Shown here: positions 19,910-30,069 of the stretch, one piece after another
Numbering within the stretch: the first letter of the stretch is position 1
How the letters are laid out: every line of letters begins with the position of its first letter
Virus record (IMG/VR): IMGVR_UViG_3300046171_000138
Length of the DNA stretch: 64,000 nt
Strand: one strand, 5' to 3'
Source: a virus
The notes under the pieces: model-generated
The model's database searches: none
What the model was told of the DNA's origin: nothing
What the model saw: only the letters and a program-made list of their open reading frames with translations
Program-made: the position numbers and the translations under genes

Positions 19910-20858
19910 CCCTCAACTACAACGATTTGCCAAGAAGAAAGAGCACCTGTATAACTTCAGGTGTCCTTACTGTGGTGATAGTAAAAAGAAGAAGAACCTA
20001 GCGCGTGGGTATATCTTTCGTGTAAAAAATGACTATGTTTATAAATGCCACAACTGTGGTGTTGGTAGAACCTTCACTAATTTTTTAAAGGATCAAAACC
20101 CTGGTCTTTATAATGATTATGTCATGGAGAGATACCGTGATGGTCTGACTGGGAAGGGAAGTAATACACCTGAACCAAAGTTTAATTTCAAAAAACCAGT
20201 CTTCAAATCATCTCATAATTTACAGAAGATTTCGGAGCTAAATAACTCTCACCCAGCGAGGCAATATCTAGAGCAACGAAAAATTAAAGATCTCGATTAC
20301 TTCTTATACGCTCCTAAATTTAAAGAGTGGACCAACACACAAACGCCTACATTCGATGACATGAGAGGCGATGGTCCACGTATTATTCTGCCATTATACA
20401 CAGCAGACAAAGTAATGTTTGGTTTTCAAGGGAGGTCACTCTCACCTAGAACCAAGTTGCGATACATTACTATCATACTAGACGAATCGCAACCTAAAAT
20501 ATTTGGTCTTGATAAAATAAATGCTAATGAAAGAGTATACATCACAGAAGGTCCCTTCGACAGCACGTTCCTTCGCAATTCGATTGCTATGTGTGGAAGC
20601 GACGTTTATGTCCCTAGTGGGACTGCTGACGATTGCTGCTATGTTTACGATAATGAACCCCGTAACACAGAAATCGTCAAGCGAATTAGTAAAACAATCG
20701 ATAGTGGCGACTCCGTAGTTATCTGGCCATCATCTGTTAAGGAAAAGGACATAAACGACATGTACCTTGCTGGACATGCCGTGCAAAATATGGTAGAATC
20801 AAACACCTACCGTGGGCTAGAAGCTAAACTTAAACTGAACACATGGAAGAAAGTATGA
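19872..20858 (+). CDS. g61: DNA primase
   Basis: Zn finger CPYCGDS...CHNC; TEGPFDS; DNEPRN; KDINDM. Confidence 0.95.
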   Translation: MSYLDSKYVSLVSPQLQRFAKKKEHLYNFRCPYCGDSKKKKNLARGYIFRVKNDYVYKCHNCGVGRTFTNFLKDQNPGLYNDYVMERYRDGLTGKGSNTPEPKFNFKKPVFKSSHNLQKISELNNSHPARQYLEQRKIKDLDYFLYAPKFKEWTNTQTPTFDDMRGDGPRIILPLYTADKVMFGFQGRSLSPRTKLRYITIILDESQPKIFGLDKINANERVYITEGPFDSTFLRNSIAMCGSDVYVPSGTADDCCYVYDNEPRNTEIVKRISKTIDSGDSVVIWPSSVKEKDINDMYLAGHAVQNMVESNTYRGLEAKLKLNTWKKV

Positions 20859-23164
20859 GCATCAATGTACAAAAGAGAGATGGAACGGTTGAGTCTCTCA
20901 ACCTAGAAAAGATTCATAAGATGGTTGAAGAGGCATGTCAAGGTCTCGGTGGAGTTTCTTCTAGTCAAGTGGAGATGAACTCTGGTATTCAATTCTTTGA
21001 TGGCATCACTACAATCCAGATCCAGGAGATCCTGATTCGCTCTGCAAGCGATTTGATTGACCTGGACCACCCCAACTATCAGTTTGTTGCTGCTCGCCTG
21101 CTCCTGTCCTGCCTACGCAAGGAAGCATTCCATAAGAACATCTGGAAGGAGGGTATGCCTTCGGTGTTTGACGTGACTGCATATAATGCTACGGTCAATA
21201 GAGTCTATGATGAAGAAATTCTAGACAAGTATACTGATGAAGACTGGATGAAGATTAATTCTTGGATTGATCATGATCGCGACTACCTATTCACTTATGC
21301 TGGTCTACGTCAGGTTACGGATAAATACCTAGTACAAGATAGAAGTGCTGGAGAAGTCTACGAGACTCCACAGTACATGTACATGCTTATTGCATTAACT
21401 CTCTTTGCAGAATACCCACTTGCTACAAGACTCGATTATGTCCGAAGATACTACGACGCAATCAGCAAGCACAAAATCAACATTCCCACACCTATCATGG
21501 CAGGGGTGCGAACTCCACTTCGACAATTTGCTAGCTGTGTTCTTGTTGATAGCGATGACACCCTCGATAGTATCTTTTCTAGTGACATGGCGATTGGCCG
21601 CTACGTTGCTCAACGTGCAGGAATCGGTATCAACGCAGGCAGAATCCGTGGAGTCAACAGTAAGATCCGAGGTGGAGAAGTTGCACACACAGGTGTTATC
21701 CCATTCCTCAAAAAGTTTGAAGCAACTGTCAGATGCTGTACTCAAAATGGCATCCGTGGTGGATCAGCAACTGTCCACTTCCCAATCTGGCACCAAGAAA
21801 TAGAAGACATTATTGTTCTCAAGAACAATAAAGGTTCAGAAGACAATCGAGTGAGGAAACTTGACTACTCAATCCAAATTTCAAAACTTTTCTACGAACG
21901 TTTCATGCAGGCTGGAGAGATTAGCCTATTCTCACCGCATGACGTACCAGGTTTGTATGATGCTTTTGGTACTGATTCATTTGACGATTGCTATGTGGGC
22001 TATGAATCAGACGAGTCTATTCCGAGAAAGACTGTCGCTGCACAGGAACTGATTCTCAATCTCCTGAAGAATCGTGCAGAAACTGGTCGTGTGTATCTGA
22101 TGAACATCGACCACTGCAATTCACATTCATCCTTCCTGGATAAGGTGAACATGAGTAACCTATGTCAGGAGATTACTCTTCCTACAGATCCTATTCAACA
22201 TATTGATGGGTCAGGTGAGATTGCTTTGTGCATTCTATCTGCTATCAACGTAGGTAAGCTGAAGCAATTTGATGACCTTGAGGATCTATGTGACCTTGCT
22301 GTTCGTGGTCTAGAAGAACTCATTGATTACCAGGAGTACCCCGTCAAGGCGGCGAGAGAGTCCACAATTAATCGTAGGTCACTTGGTGTCGGATACATTG
22401 GTCTAGCACACTTCCTGGCGAAGCAGGGGCACAATTATGATTCTCCTGAAGCAGTTAAGTCTGTTCATGATCTGACTGAAGCATTCCAATACTACTTGCT
22501 TAAGTCATCTAATCAGATCGCTAAAGAAAAAGGTGCTTGTGGATACTTTAATCGCACAAAATATTCACAGGGTATTCTTCCGATTGATACATATAAAAAG
22601 GACGTTGACGAACTAGTACCAAATGACCTATCGCTTGATTGGGGAACTCTACGGGAAACAATTCAGGAATTCGGACTACGACATAGCACGTTGTCCGCTC
22701 AAATGCCAAGCGAGAGTAGTTCCGTTGTGTCAAACGCAACAAATGGAATCGAACCACCTAGAGGGTATCTGTCCGTTAAGAAGAGCAAGAAGGGACCACT
22801 TAAACAGATTGTCCCGCAATACACGTCTCTTAAAAACAATTATACCCTTCTGTGGGATATGCCTAGCAACGCTGGCTATATTAATATTGTTGCTGTGATG
22901 CAGAAGTTCTTCGACCAGGCAATCTCTGGTAACTGGAGCTACAATCCATTGAACTATCCTGATAATGAGATCCCTGTGTCTGTTATGGCAACTGATTTCT
23001 TAACTACATACAAGTACGGTTGGAAGACTTCTTACTATCAAAACACCTATGATGTAAAGGAAGATCCTGAAGACGATGATAAGAAACAAAGCATAGAAGA
23101 CCTATTAACTCAAATTCTAGAAACACAAACCGAGGAAGAAGACTGTGACAGTTGCAAAATTTAG
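20855..23164 (+). CDS. nrdA: class Ia ribonucleotide reductase alpha subunit
   Basis: ATP-cone VQKRDG; PTPIMAG, SCVL, SNLCQEI, MPSESSS, C-terminal CDSCKI. Confidence 0.97.
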   Translation: MSINVQKRDGTVESLNLEKIHKMVEEACQGLGGVSSSQVEMNSGIQFFDGITTIQIQEILIRSASDLIDLDHPNYQFVAARLLLSCLRKEAFHKNIWKEGMPSVFDVTAYNATVNRVYDEEILDKYTDEDWMKINSWIDHDRDYLFTYAGLRQVTDKYLVQDRSAGEVYETPQYMYMLIALTLFAEYPLATRLDYVRRYYDAISKHKINIPTPIMAGVRTPLRQFASCVLVDSDDTLDSIFSSDMAIGRYVAQRAGIGINAGRIRGVNSKIRGGEVAHTGVIPFLKKFEATVRCCTQNGIRGGSATVHFPIWHQEIEDIIVLKNNKGSEDNRVRKLDYSIQISKLFYERFMQAGEISLFSPHDVPGLYDAFGTDSFDDCYVGYESDESIPRKTVAAQELILNLLKNRAETGRVYLMNIDHCNSHSSFLDKVNMSNLCQEITLPTDPIQHIDGSGEIALCILSAINVGKLKQFDDLEDLCDLAVRGLEELIDYQEYPVKAARESTINRRSLGVGYIGLAHFLAKQGHNYDSPEAVKSVHDLTEAFQYYLLKSSNQIAKEKGACGYFNRTKYSQGILPIDTYKKDVDELVPNDLSLDWGTLRETIQEFGLRHSTLSAQMPSESSSVVSNATNGIEPPRGYLSVKKSKKGPLKQIVPQYTSLKNNYTLLWDMPSNAGYINIVAVMQKFFDQAISGNWSYNPLNYPDNEIPVSVMATDFLTTYKYGWKTSYYQNTYDVKEDPEDDDKKQSIEDLLTQILETQTEEEDCDSCKI

Positions 23165-24332
23165 AGTAAGCGAAGATATGCCAAAGAAATCTGTTGAAGG
23201 CATGACTGTCTTTAATACAAATAAAGTGAATGCCATGAAACAACCTATGTTCTTTGGTGCTCCTCTGGGAGTGCAACGTTATGATCAATACAAATATCCC
23301 GTCTTTGAGAAACTCACACAGCAACAACTGGGTTATTTCTGGAGACCAGAAGAGGTATCCCTCCAGAAAGATCGTGCCGACTATCAGACACTTCGTCCAG
23401 AACAGAAACACATCTTCACTAGTAACCTTAAGTACCAAATCCTCTTGGATTCTGTACAAGGGCGTGGTCCTGGGATGGCTTTTAGTCCTTACTGCTCACT
23501 ACCCGAGCTTGAGGCTGCAATGAATATCTGGCAGACTATGGAGATGATTCATAGTCGCTCGTACACATACATCATTAAGAATGTGTACCCAGATCCTACC
23601 GAAGTTCTTGACACAATCATTGATGATGAGAAGATCATTGAACGTGCTCAAAGTGTCACCAAGGCATACGATGACTTCATCAATGCTGCACAGGAGTATG
23701 GCACTGGTAACTGGTGGAAGGAAGACTGGAGAGATTCTCCTAGTGCTGAATGGACACTGCGTGATCTGAAGCGTAAACTCTATCGTGCAGTCATGAACGT
23801 TTATATCCTAGAAGGTATTCGTTTCTATGTTTCTTTCGCATGTTCGTTTGCTTTTGGTGAACTCAAGATGATGGAAGGCAATGCAAAGATCATCGGTCTG
23901 ATTGCTCGTGATGAGTCACAGCACATGACTATCACCATGAACATGATCAAGAACTGGCAGAAGGGTGATGACCCTGACATGCTGAAGATCATTGAGGAAG
24001 AAGAGCAGAATGTCGTTCAGATGTTCCGTGACTGTGTGGAAGAAGAGAAGAACTGGGCAGAGTATTTGTTCAGAGATGGTAGCATGATTGGATTGAATGA
24101 CAAACTACTCAAGAACTATGTTGAGTGGGTTGCTAACCGTCGCATGAAATCTATCAACATGAAACCTGTATTCGATCAACCTATCTCTAACAATCCTCTC
24201 CCCTGGACAGAGCACTGGTTGAACTCCAAGTCTATGCAGGTGGCACCACAAGAGACAGAGGTTGAGTCTTATGTTATTGGTGGTATCAAACAAGATGTTG
24301 GTGAAAAAACATTCTCTGGATTTAAACTATGA
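23145..24332 (+). CDS. nrdB: ribonucleotide reductase beta subunit
   Basis: FWRPEEV, LDSVQGR, EMIHSRSY, LEGIRFYVSFA, RDESQH. Confidence 0.96.
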   Translation: MTVAKFRVSEDMPKKSVEGMTVFNTNKVNAMKQPMFFGAPLGVQRYDQYKYPVFEKLTQQQLGYFWRPEEVSLQKDRADYQTLRPEQKHIFTSNLKYQILLDSVQGRGPGMAFSPYCSLPELEAAMNIWQTMEMIHSRSYTYIIKNVYPDPTEVLDTIIDDEKIIERAQSVTKAYDDFINAAQEYGTGNWWKEDWRDSPSAEWTLRDLKRKLYRAVMNVYILEGIRFYVSFACSFAFGELKMMEGNAKIIGLIARDESQHMTITMNMIKNWQKGDDPDMLKIIEEEEQNVVQMFRDCVEEEKNWAEYLFRDGSMIGLNDKLLKNYVEWVANRRMKSINMKPVFDQPISNNPLPWTEHWLNSKSMQVAPQETEVESYVIGGIKQDVGEKTFSGFKL

Positions 24333-24997
24333 CAAATGAGTGGAGTGCGGTTCACCATAAGAGTGACCCACCCCAGTCTCCTTTTGCTCCCACTTGGGAC
24401 TATACTATTGGTGAAAAGCAAATTGATATTGACTGCGGTGAACTAACTAAAATTATTCTACAGAAAGAACAAGAGATCAAAGACCAATTCCCTGCTAGTA
24501 GTGACGGGAACACTGGTCTAGGTCCTAATAGTCTTACCTCTAGGTTCAGGCATTTTAATGTCTTGACCTGGGGGTTTCCTGCTACAGATCAGTTGCATAA
24601 AGAGATTAAAAAATTTCATGGGCAATACTCTAATAGTATTTTTGGTCTTCTTTCTCCCGTACCTAAAGTACAAATTAGATGTTGGGCTAATGTATTGAGG
24701 AAAGGTGAGAGGATCAAAAAACATTGGCACTCTGTTCACCCACATACATACTTGGGAGGACATCTAACTGTTGCTGCTGTAGACACCAAGACTATCTACG
24801 AACATCCGTATGATGATATTGGTAGAAATTATGAGGCAGAGAATGTGCCAGGTAAACTGACACTATTCCCTAACTATCTTCCTCACTATACTACAGTTAA
24901 TCAACAGGATAGTCCTAGAATTACTATTGCTTTTGATCTTACTAGTTTAGATAAGATCTTTACGGATGATGATGACCACACGCTTATAAGATTATGA
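24329..24997 (+). CDS. 2OG-Fe(II) oxygenase-like protein (TIGR02466-like)
   Basis: WANV, H-x-H (WHSVHPH), LFPNYLPH, RITIAFDL. Confidence 0.7.
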   Translation: MTNEWSAVHHKSDPPQSPFAPTWDYTIGEKQIDIDCGELTKIILQKEQEIKDQFPASSDGNTGLGPNSLTSRFRHFNVLTWGFPATDQLHKEIKKFHGQYSNSIFGLLSPVPKVQIRCWANVLRKGERIKKHWHSVHPHTYLGGHLTVAAVDTKTIYEHPYDDIGRNYEAENVPGKLTLFPNYLPHYTTVNQQDSPRITIAFDLTSLDKIFTDDDDHTLIRL

Positions 24998-25260
24998 ATC
25001 CTGATAATCAATTACCTGTGCCCATGAGGGCAGATCCTAATCAACCCAGGGCAGTCCAGAAATATCTGGAGGTAATGAAACAAGTTGATCGCAATGAACA
25101 GTATACGATATACTGGTGGACTAGGATGAATGAAGAAGAACTGATGCAGGTAATGCAAAAGTTCTGTTGGGATAACAGTATTGATTATAATACTGTCAAC
25201 TGGGGTAAGTTTCTACGTGGTGAAAACATCCCAGGTTTCTGGGAGAATGCTGCACAATGA
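24994..25260 (+). CDS. hypothetical protein
   Basis: 88-aa ORF, ATGA overlap. Confidence 0.6.
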   Translation: MNPDNQLPVPMRADPNQPRAVQKYLEVMKQVDRNEQYTIYWWTRMNEEELMQVMQKFCWDNSIDYNTVNWGKFLRGENIPGFWENAAQ

Positions 25261-25281
25261 ATATATTTTATAGGTGGTTAC

Positions 25282-25452
25282 ATGGCATTAAATTGGAGAG
25301 AGCAGCTGCTCGCAACAAACCTACCCAGTCAGGAGGAGAGAGACCTTCTGTCAAGAGGACCGAGCAGTCTGGCACAAGCGTGGAAACTCGGAGCAATGAA
25401 GTACAGATACAGATACCTGATCCGTGGGACCGATGAAGACACAAAGTGCTAA
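25282..25452 (+). CDS. small hypothetical protein, 56 aa (not in ORF track)
   Basis: AGGTGG SD, then MALNWREQLLATNLPSQEERDLLSRGPSSLAQAW... Confidence 0.6.
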   Translation: MALNWREQLLATNLPSQEERDLLSRGPSSLAQAWKLGAMKYRYRYLIRGTDEDTKC

Positions 25453-25765
25453 AGCGAAAGGTCGTAACTTACAAAAGTGGGTGAGACAAATGTTGATCGA
25501 GATGCTAGATGTTCATCCAGAGGACATCGAGTCTCGGTCTATGGGTGCAGGTGGGGAAGACCTGATAATGGCAAGAGCAGCTAGACAAAAGTTCCCACAC
25601 TCTGTAGAATGTAAGAACGTTGAACGACTCAATGTCTGGGATGCATACGAACAGGCAGCATCAAACTGTGGTGACTATGAACCTATCGTAGTCATGAAAA
25701 AGAATAGAAAGAAACCTTTGGTTGTTGTTGATGCAGAATATTTCATCGGACTCTTTAATAAATAA
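25433..25765 (+). CDS. Holliday-junction-resolvase-like PD-(D/E)xK endonuclease
   Basis: SAKAKGR, GAGGEDL, SVECKN, PLVVVDAEYF. Confidence 0.7.
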   Translation: MKTQSAKAKGRNLQKWVRQMLIEMLDVHPEDIESRSMGAGGEDLIMARAARQKFPHSVECKNVERLNVWDAYEQAASNCGDYEPIVVMKKNRKKPLVVVDAEYFIGLFNK

Positions 25766-25784
25766 TAGAATACAGGATTACATT

Positions 25785-25949
25785 ATGCCGAGATCACAAT
25801 TGACCAAGAATGATATCCTGGCAAAAGTTTATCAAATGAAAACAGAATTGTATTCTGACGGTCATAAAGATAAGACAGGTCAATGGCATGATGGTGCTCA
25901 TCATTTTCTAAACAAAGTATTAGATGCCCTCAATGAATATAGATGTTGA
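25785..25949 (+). CDS. small hypothetical protein
   Basis: MPRSQLTKND...; ATAAATA upstream at 25759. Confidence 0.6.
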   Translation: MPRSQLTKNDILAKVYQMKTELYSDGHKDKTGQWHDGAHHFLNKVLDALNEYRC

Positions 25950-26073
25950 GATTAAAAAACTATTAGAACGAGTTAGACGTATGAAAAACGATACGCTCTT
26001 TGAAGAACCATGTCCCATTTATGAAGCAGACGTTGACGATTGGGAAGATTTCTGGTACAATGAGGACAAATAA
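25933..26073 (+). CDS. small acidic hypothetical protein, 46 aa
   Basis: Manual translation MNIDVEIKKLLERVRRMKNDTLFEEPCPIYEADVDDWEDFWYNEDK. Confidence 0.5.
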   Translation: MNIDVEIKKLLERVRRMKNDTLFEEPCPIYEADVDDWEDFWYNEDK

Positions 26074-26084
26074 GTAATCACTTC

Positions 26085-26753
26085 ATGATCAAAACATTAT
26101 TTGCTGCACTTGCTGCAGCTGCGATTGTTATTCCTGCACAAGCAGAACCGATTAGAGAAACTGACTACAATACACCACATGCGATGGGGTGTATGCTGCT
26201 AGGTGAATGCACCGATGATGTGGTAAAGGTAACTTCTATGCTTGACATCTCATCCAATTACAATGATATGGAAGACTTTACTAGTGTGACTGGTGAGTTC
26301 CATAACATCCTACACTCACTCAATCAAGTTGGCGTGAATGTATTCCTTGCTGATGAGAAGTATTTTCCTGCAGGGCATCGTGGTGTATACCATACTGTCT
26401 CCAATAACTTCTTCCTCAATAAGGATCACATGGGTAGTCCTGGAGTCCTGATGATGGTAATGCGTCATGAAGGATGGCATGCAGCACAAGATTGTATGGC
26501 AGGAACGATTGACAATAGTCTGATTGCTATCATCAAACCAGAGGATGAAGTTCCTATGATCTGGCGTGTTTTAGCAGAACGTACCTATCCTGATTCTGCT
26601 GTACCTTGGGAAGCAGAAGCACAGTGGGCAGGTAGAACAGAGAACATGACTATGGATGCTCTTGCTGCTTGTGCTGGTGGCAAGATGTGGGAAGTCTATG
26701 AACCAACACCTTTGACTAGAGAATACCTAGAGAAAGAAGGTTATATCAAATAA
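26085..26753 (+). CDS. exported protein with HExxH zincin-like motif
   Basis: Signal peptide ending AQA; MRHEGWHAAQDC; downstream WEAEA. Confidence 0.7.
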   Translation: MIKTLFAALAAAAIVIPAQAEPIRETDYNTPHAMGCMLLGECTDDVVKVTSMLDISSNYNDMEDFTSVTGEFHNILHSLNQVGVNVFLADEKYFPAGHRGVYHTVSNNFFLNKDHMGSPGVLMMVMRHEGWHAAQDCMAGTIDNSLIAIIKPEDEVPMIWRVLAERTYPDSAVPWEAEAQWAGRTENMTMDALAACAGGKMWEVYEPTPLTREYLEKEGYIK

Positions 26754-26777
26754 ATAGTTTTGCCTAACTCTTTACTC

Positions 26778-27065
26778 ATGGACTCAAATCCAAAGAAAGA
26801 GGAAGCCAAAAAGGAAAGCAAATTTGAGTGGGCGGATGAGGGTGTATCAACTCTTGTCCGAGTTATTATACTTGGTTGGTCAGCAACAATTCTGACCCTT
26901 AATTATGTAACTGTTCCTGGTATTCCTCAAAAAAACATCGATCCAACTTTCATAGCCAGCGTCTTCACGGGGACGCTTGCGACGTTCGGTGTCGTTCCTG
27001 CTAAAAAGAAAGACGATTCAAAACAAGAACCTCCAAAGGAAAATAAACATGCAAAAGATTATTAA
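26778..27065 (+). CDS. small two-TM membrane protein
   Basis: Two hydrophobic segments and a charged C-tail; ATAAATA at 26750. Confidence 0.7.
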   Translation: MDSNPKKEEAKKESKFEWADEGVSTLVRVIILGWSATILTLNYVTVPGIPQKNIDPTFIASVFTGTLATFGVVPAKKKDDSKQEPPKENKHAKDY

Positions 27066-27282
27066 TGGTGTCGCATTATTGTCAGGTCTAGTTTCTCTAT
27101 CTGTTCTCGGGGGTGGTGCTTATCTTTACGTTCAAAAGGATACATTGATTGAAGGTGCTAGGGAGAAAGCAACTGCTGCTATCACCGAAGCAATCACAGA
27201 AGCACTTCCTGCTATGATAGACTCTGCTATGCCAGAGATACCTTCTGTGCCTTCTACCACAGGTGCTGCACTGCCATTCTAA
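27049..27282 (+). CDS. N-terminally anchored membrane protein
   Basis: IINGVALLSGLVSLSVLGGGAYLY followed by helical domain and Pro-rich tail. Confidence 0.7.
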   Translation: MQKIINGVALLSGLVSLSVLGGGAYLYVQKDTLIEGAREKATAAITEAITEALPAMIDSAMPEIPSVPSTTGAALPF

Positions 27283-27283
27283 T

Positions 27284-28108
27284 ATGGATATCCCAGACAT
27301 TAGTACAGAGGGTATTAATATTCGTGAACTCGATATCGGTCCAATTAATATATGGACTGCTCCCGAGGTACGAACTCCTAGTGTCCCTCCAATCTACCCA
27401 GTCACTAATATGATTGGGGTCCCTATCGTGGACATGCCTGGATGTGTAGAAGCACACGAACAAAACGAAAAAAATAACTTTGATGTCAACGAATTAGATC
27501 CGAAAGGTGTCAAAGTATACTGTGATGCAGGTACACCATCATTTAATCCTATGGATTATGATAAAGGTCAGCTGAAGTTTACAAATGAATCTCCTGTACC
27601 TGCATACAAAGGATCGAAAACTAATCCACCTTCAGATACAAAAACAGATACACCACCAGCACCAAAGACACCAGTAGCATCAGCAGACATTGAATGTCCT
27701 ACTCAAGAACAGTTAGATAAAGAACCTGTGGGGTTCCTGTTTGATAGTGGACGCAAAGAAGTATTAGGATACAAGTTGGTAGGAGACCAATGTATCCGAG
27801 AGGTAGGTGATGTACCTATCGTTACACAAGTATTAAATGGATTACCCCCAACTGGTGTTGTGGTCACCACTGGGGGTATTGCTGTAGTTGCTACTACATC
27901 TGCACTGCTTGCTAAACCATTCGCTGACATTCTTCTGAAGGTAATCAAACCTACAGTGAAGAAAGTTCTGAAAAAGGTTGCTGCTATTCGGGGTAAGAAA
28001 CCAAAGGTTGAATCTGTAACGGAGCGCCGAGCAGAGCAGCGTCTTCGGAATGAAGCGATTGCAAAGCTTCGGTCTGTTGCGGCGAAGAGTCAGAAGAAGA
28101 AGAAATAG
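27284..28108 (+). CDS. hypothetical protein with C-terminal TM and basic tail
   Basis: Two Cys pairs, Pro/Thr linker, VVVTTGGIAVVATTSALL, K/R-rich end. Confidence 0.7.
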   Translation: MDIPDISTEGINIRELDIGPINIWTAPEVRTPSVPPIYPVTNMIGVPIVDMPGCVEAHEQNEKNNFDVNELDPKGVKVYCDAGTPSFNPMDYDKGQLKFTNESPVPAYKGSKTNPPSDTKTDTPPAPKTPVASADIECPTQEQLDKEPVGFLFDSGRKEVLGYKLVGDQCIREVGDVPIVTQVLNGLPPTGVVVTTGGIAVVATTSALLAKPFADILLKVIKPTVKKVLKKVAAIRGKKPKVESVTERRAEQRLRNEAIAKLRSVAAKSQKKKK

Positions 28109-28772
28109 AATGTCTATGCTGCTTGACGGTATTAACATTGTTAACTACCACATCAGCACACACTTTATAGTAAGGACTTCTAGGATGAAAAGAAATTCCT
28201 TGCTGCATTAAAGTTCCACAATTCTTAAGTCTCGCAATCTCAAAGTCCAATCTTTTATTGGCAGTTATTTGTTGCATCATTGCAATGTTAGAAGCAGCTG
28301 CTTCTTTACATAACTCCTGCAGTTTCTTATCGGTAGGTGTACTCCAGGTCATAGAGAAACCTACACCTAGACTGTAGTTATCTTTCTGTCCAGTACGTGT
28401 TCTCTTATGGAAGAGGATGTCCCCAGGGTTATCAATTATGCCATCCCCAATATCATTACCATTATCATCGAAGGCACCGAAGTTATCACTGATATCGTAT
28501 ACTGGATCGTTATAATAATCTTCGTATGGTCTGGAAGCAGACGCACTTCCTGTTACATATGGCGTGAAGTTACGAGTGGGACCTTGACATTGAATCCCAC
28601 CGCCATATGTGTTAGTAATATACGGTCCTTGTAAAACCTGAATAGCTTGGTTCGTAACCGAGCCAGAGCTATTTGCGATTGGGGATGCTGTTGCACTTAC
28701 ACCCCCCACAGTCTCGGCATTTACAGGGGCAGTTACACTTACAGCTAGCGCAGATAGACATAATGCTTTTAT
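27984..28772 (-). CDS. exported hypothetical protein (start uncertain, possibly ATA)
   Basis: Signal-peptide-like KALCLSALAVSVTAPVNA-ETV; open to 27984. Confidence 0.65.
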   Translation of the reverse strand: MKALCLSALAVSVTAPVNAETVGGVSATASPIANSSGSVTNQAIQVLQGPYITNTYGGGIQCQGPTRNFTPYVTGSASASRPYEDYYNDPVYDISDNFGAFDDNGNDIGDGIIDNPGDILFHKRTRTGQKDNYSLGVGFSMTWSTPTDKKLQELCKEAAASNIAMMQQITANKRLDFEIARLKNCGTLMQQGISFHPRSPYYKVCADVVVNNVNTVKQHRHSISSSSDSSPQQTEALQSLHSEDAALLGAPLQIQPLVSYPE

Positions 28773-29215
28773 TGTGAGAAGATACTTGTTGTGTCGGTTA
28801 TGCTTGTAACCTCTGTTACTCTTTCTATGATCGTATGATTTTGTAGTCCTGGTCCGTTGTAAGTTTCTGTAAACTGGAACGCTTGTCCTGGTGTTGTCTG
28901 TGTGAAGCTTGGTTTTGATCCCACTCCTGTCCATGTTGAATTCACTCCATCTATTGTTACGTTGGTATTAGAAGTACCAGGGGAGAGATTCCCACTAGCA
29001 CTAACACCTGAACCTGTGGCAGAATATTGATATCCTGTCGAGTAGTCCATGCTATTGATTGTTTCAGTTATCGTCTGCGAGGTTTCTGTATGACTCGTCA
29101 TACTTCCCTGTGTGAAGTTTGGAACCACGGGGACCGCCAGAGCAGCGGCAGGAATAAGACTTACTCCCACCGCAGACATCGCAATATATATGATTGTCTT
29201 TCCAAAATGGGTCAT
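28769..29215 (-). CDS. exported Ser/Thr-rich hypothetical protein
   Basis: Signal peptide ending ALA-VPVVPNFTQGSM. Confidence 0.7.
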   Translation of the reverse strand: MTHFGKTIIYIAMSAVGVSLIPAAALAVPVVPNFTQGSMTSHTETSQTITETINSMDYSTGYQYSATGSGVSASGNLSPGTSNTNVTIDGVNSTWTGVGSKPSFTQTTPGQAFQFTETYNGPGLQNHTIIERVTEVTSITDTTSIFSQ

Positions 29216-29227
29216 TGCGAATCTCCA

Positions 29228-29725
29228 TCAGTCGATAACAGTGATCTCACTTACGAATTGTCCTGTAGCTGTAGTACCAGCTCCACCAGCCGTCACGGTG
29301 AGAATACCTGCACTGGTTACAGTACCTGCTAGTGTGTCTTTTGTGCCAGCAGTGTAAGAAGTTACATTACTGAAGTTAGGTACTAGACCAGTAGTGGGAG
29401 CACTTTGAGGCACAGCATCAGCCTGTGTATAAGACTGACTGAAACTAAATGCTGTTCCAGCAGTGTCTTGGGTAGCAGCAATAGTTCCTGGGTTATATAC
29501 ACCAGAGGTGATAGTACCAACAGAAACTGTACCTGCAGTATTACCGTCCGTAGTATCGATATTACTACCTGAAATACTGAACGAGGATCCAATTCTTGTT
29601 GCTTGGGATCTGGCAGCGTCAACGGTAAGTTGAACACTTGAAGCATGTTTTGATACAAGTCCGCCTGCATTTGCTGCAGAAGCGGTCATCAGTAGCATTC
29701 CAAAAGTCAAAAAGACTTTTTTCAT
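29228..29725 (-). CDS. exported Thr/Gly/Ala-rich hypothetical protein
   Basis: MKKVFLTFGMLLMTASAANA signal peptide; minus-strand CTAAATA at 29750-29756. Confidence 0.75.
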   Translation of the reverse strand: MKKVFLTFGMLLMTASAANAGGLVSKHASSVQLTVDAARSQATRIGSSFSISGSNIDTTDGNTAGTVSVGTITSGVYNPGTIAATQDTAGTAFSFSQSYTQADAVPQSAPTTGLVPNFSNVTSYTAGTKDTLAGTVTSAGILTVTAGGAGTTATGQFVSEITVID

Positions 29726-29757
29726 TTGATCTAAATTTTACCACACAGTTATTTAGC

Positions 29758-29786
29758 TTGACATGTCATGTTATCCGTGATACAAT
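29758..29786 (+). promoter_or_regulatory. sigma70-type promoter back-to-back with a minus-strand late promoter
   Basis: TTGACA-17-TACAAT. Confidence 0.75.
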
Positions 29787-29807
29787 AACCCCAGTTGCTA
29801 CCCAACT

Positions 29808-30041
29808 ATGGTAGATGATTGGCGCTACAGTGACGACCGCATGGACACTCGCTCTAAAGTCTATGCTGTTCTCCTCAAAAGATTTGGCAGTGAGATCAAA
29901 CCAGATGGCACTCCTGTACACAGTCAAAAAAGTATTGTGGAATGCTGTCATGACTGGGTATCTCAAGGTAACAACAGGACAGATGGTATAGTGGCATACT
30001 ACCAGGCATATTATGCACCCAAACGTATTGACGCTACCTAG
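29808..30041 (+). CDS. hypothetical protein
   Basis: 77-aa ORF after promoter. Confidence 0.7.
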   Translation: MVDDWRYSDDRMDTRSKVYAVLLKRFGSEIKPDGTPVHSQKSIVECCHDWVSQGNNRTDGIVAYYQAYYAPKRIDAT

Positions 30042-30069
30042 ATAGTATGCTACCATAGGCACTGTCGCA

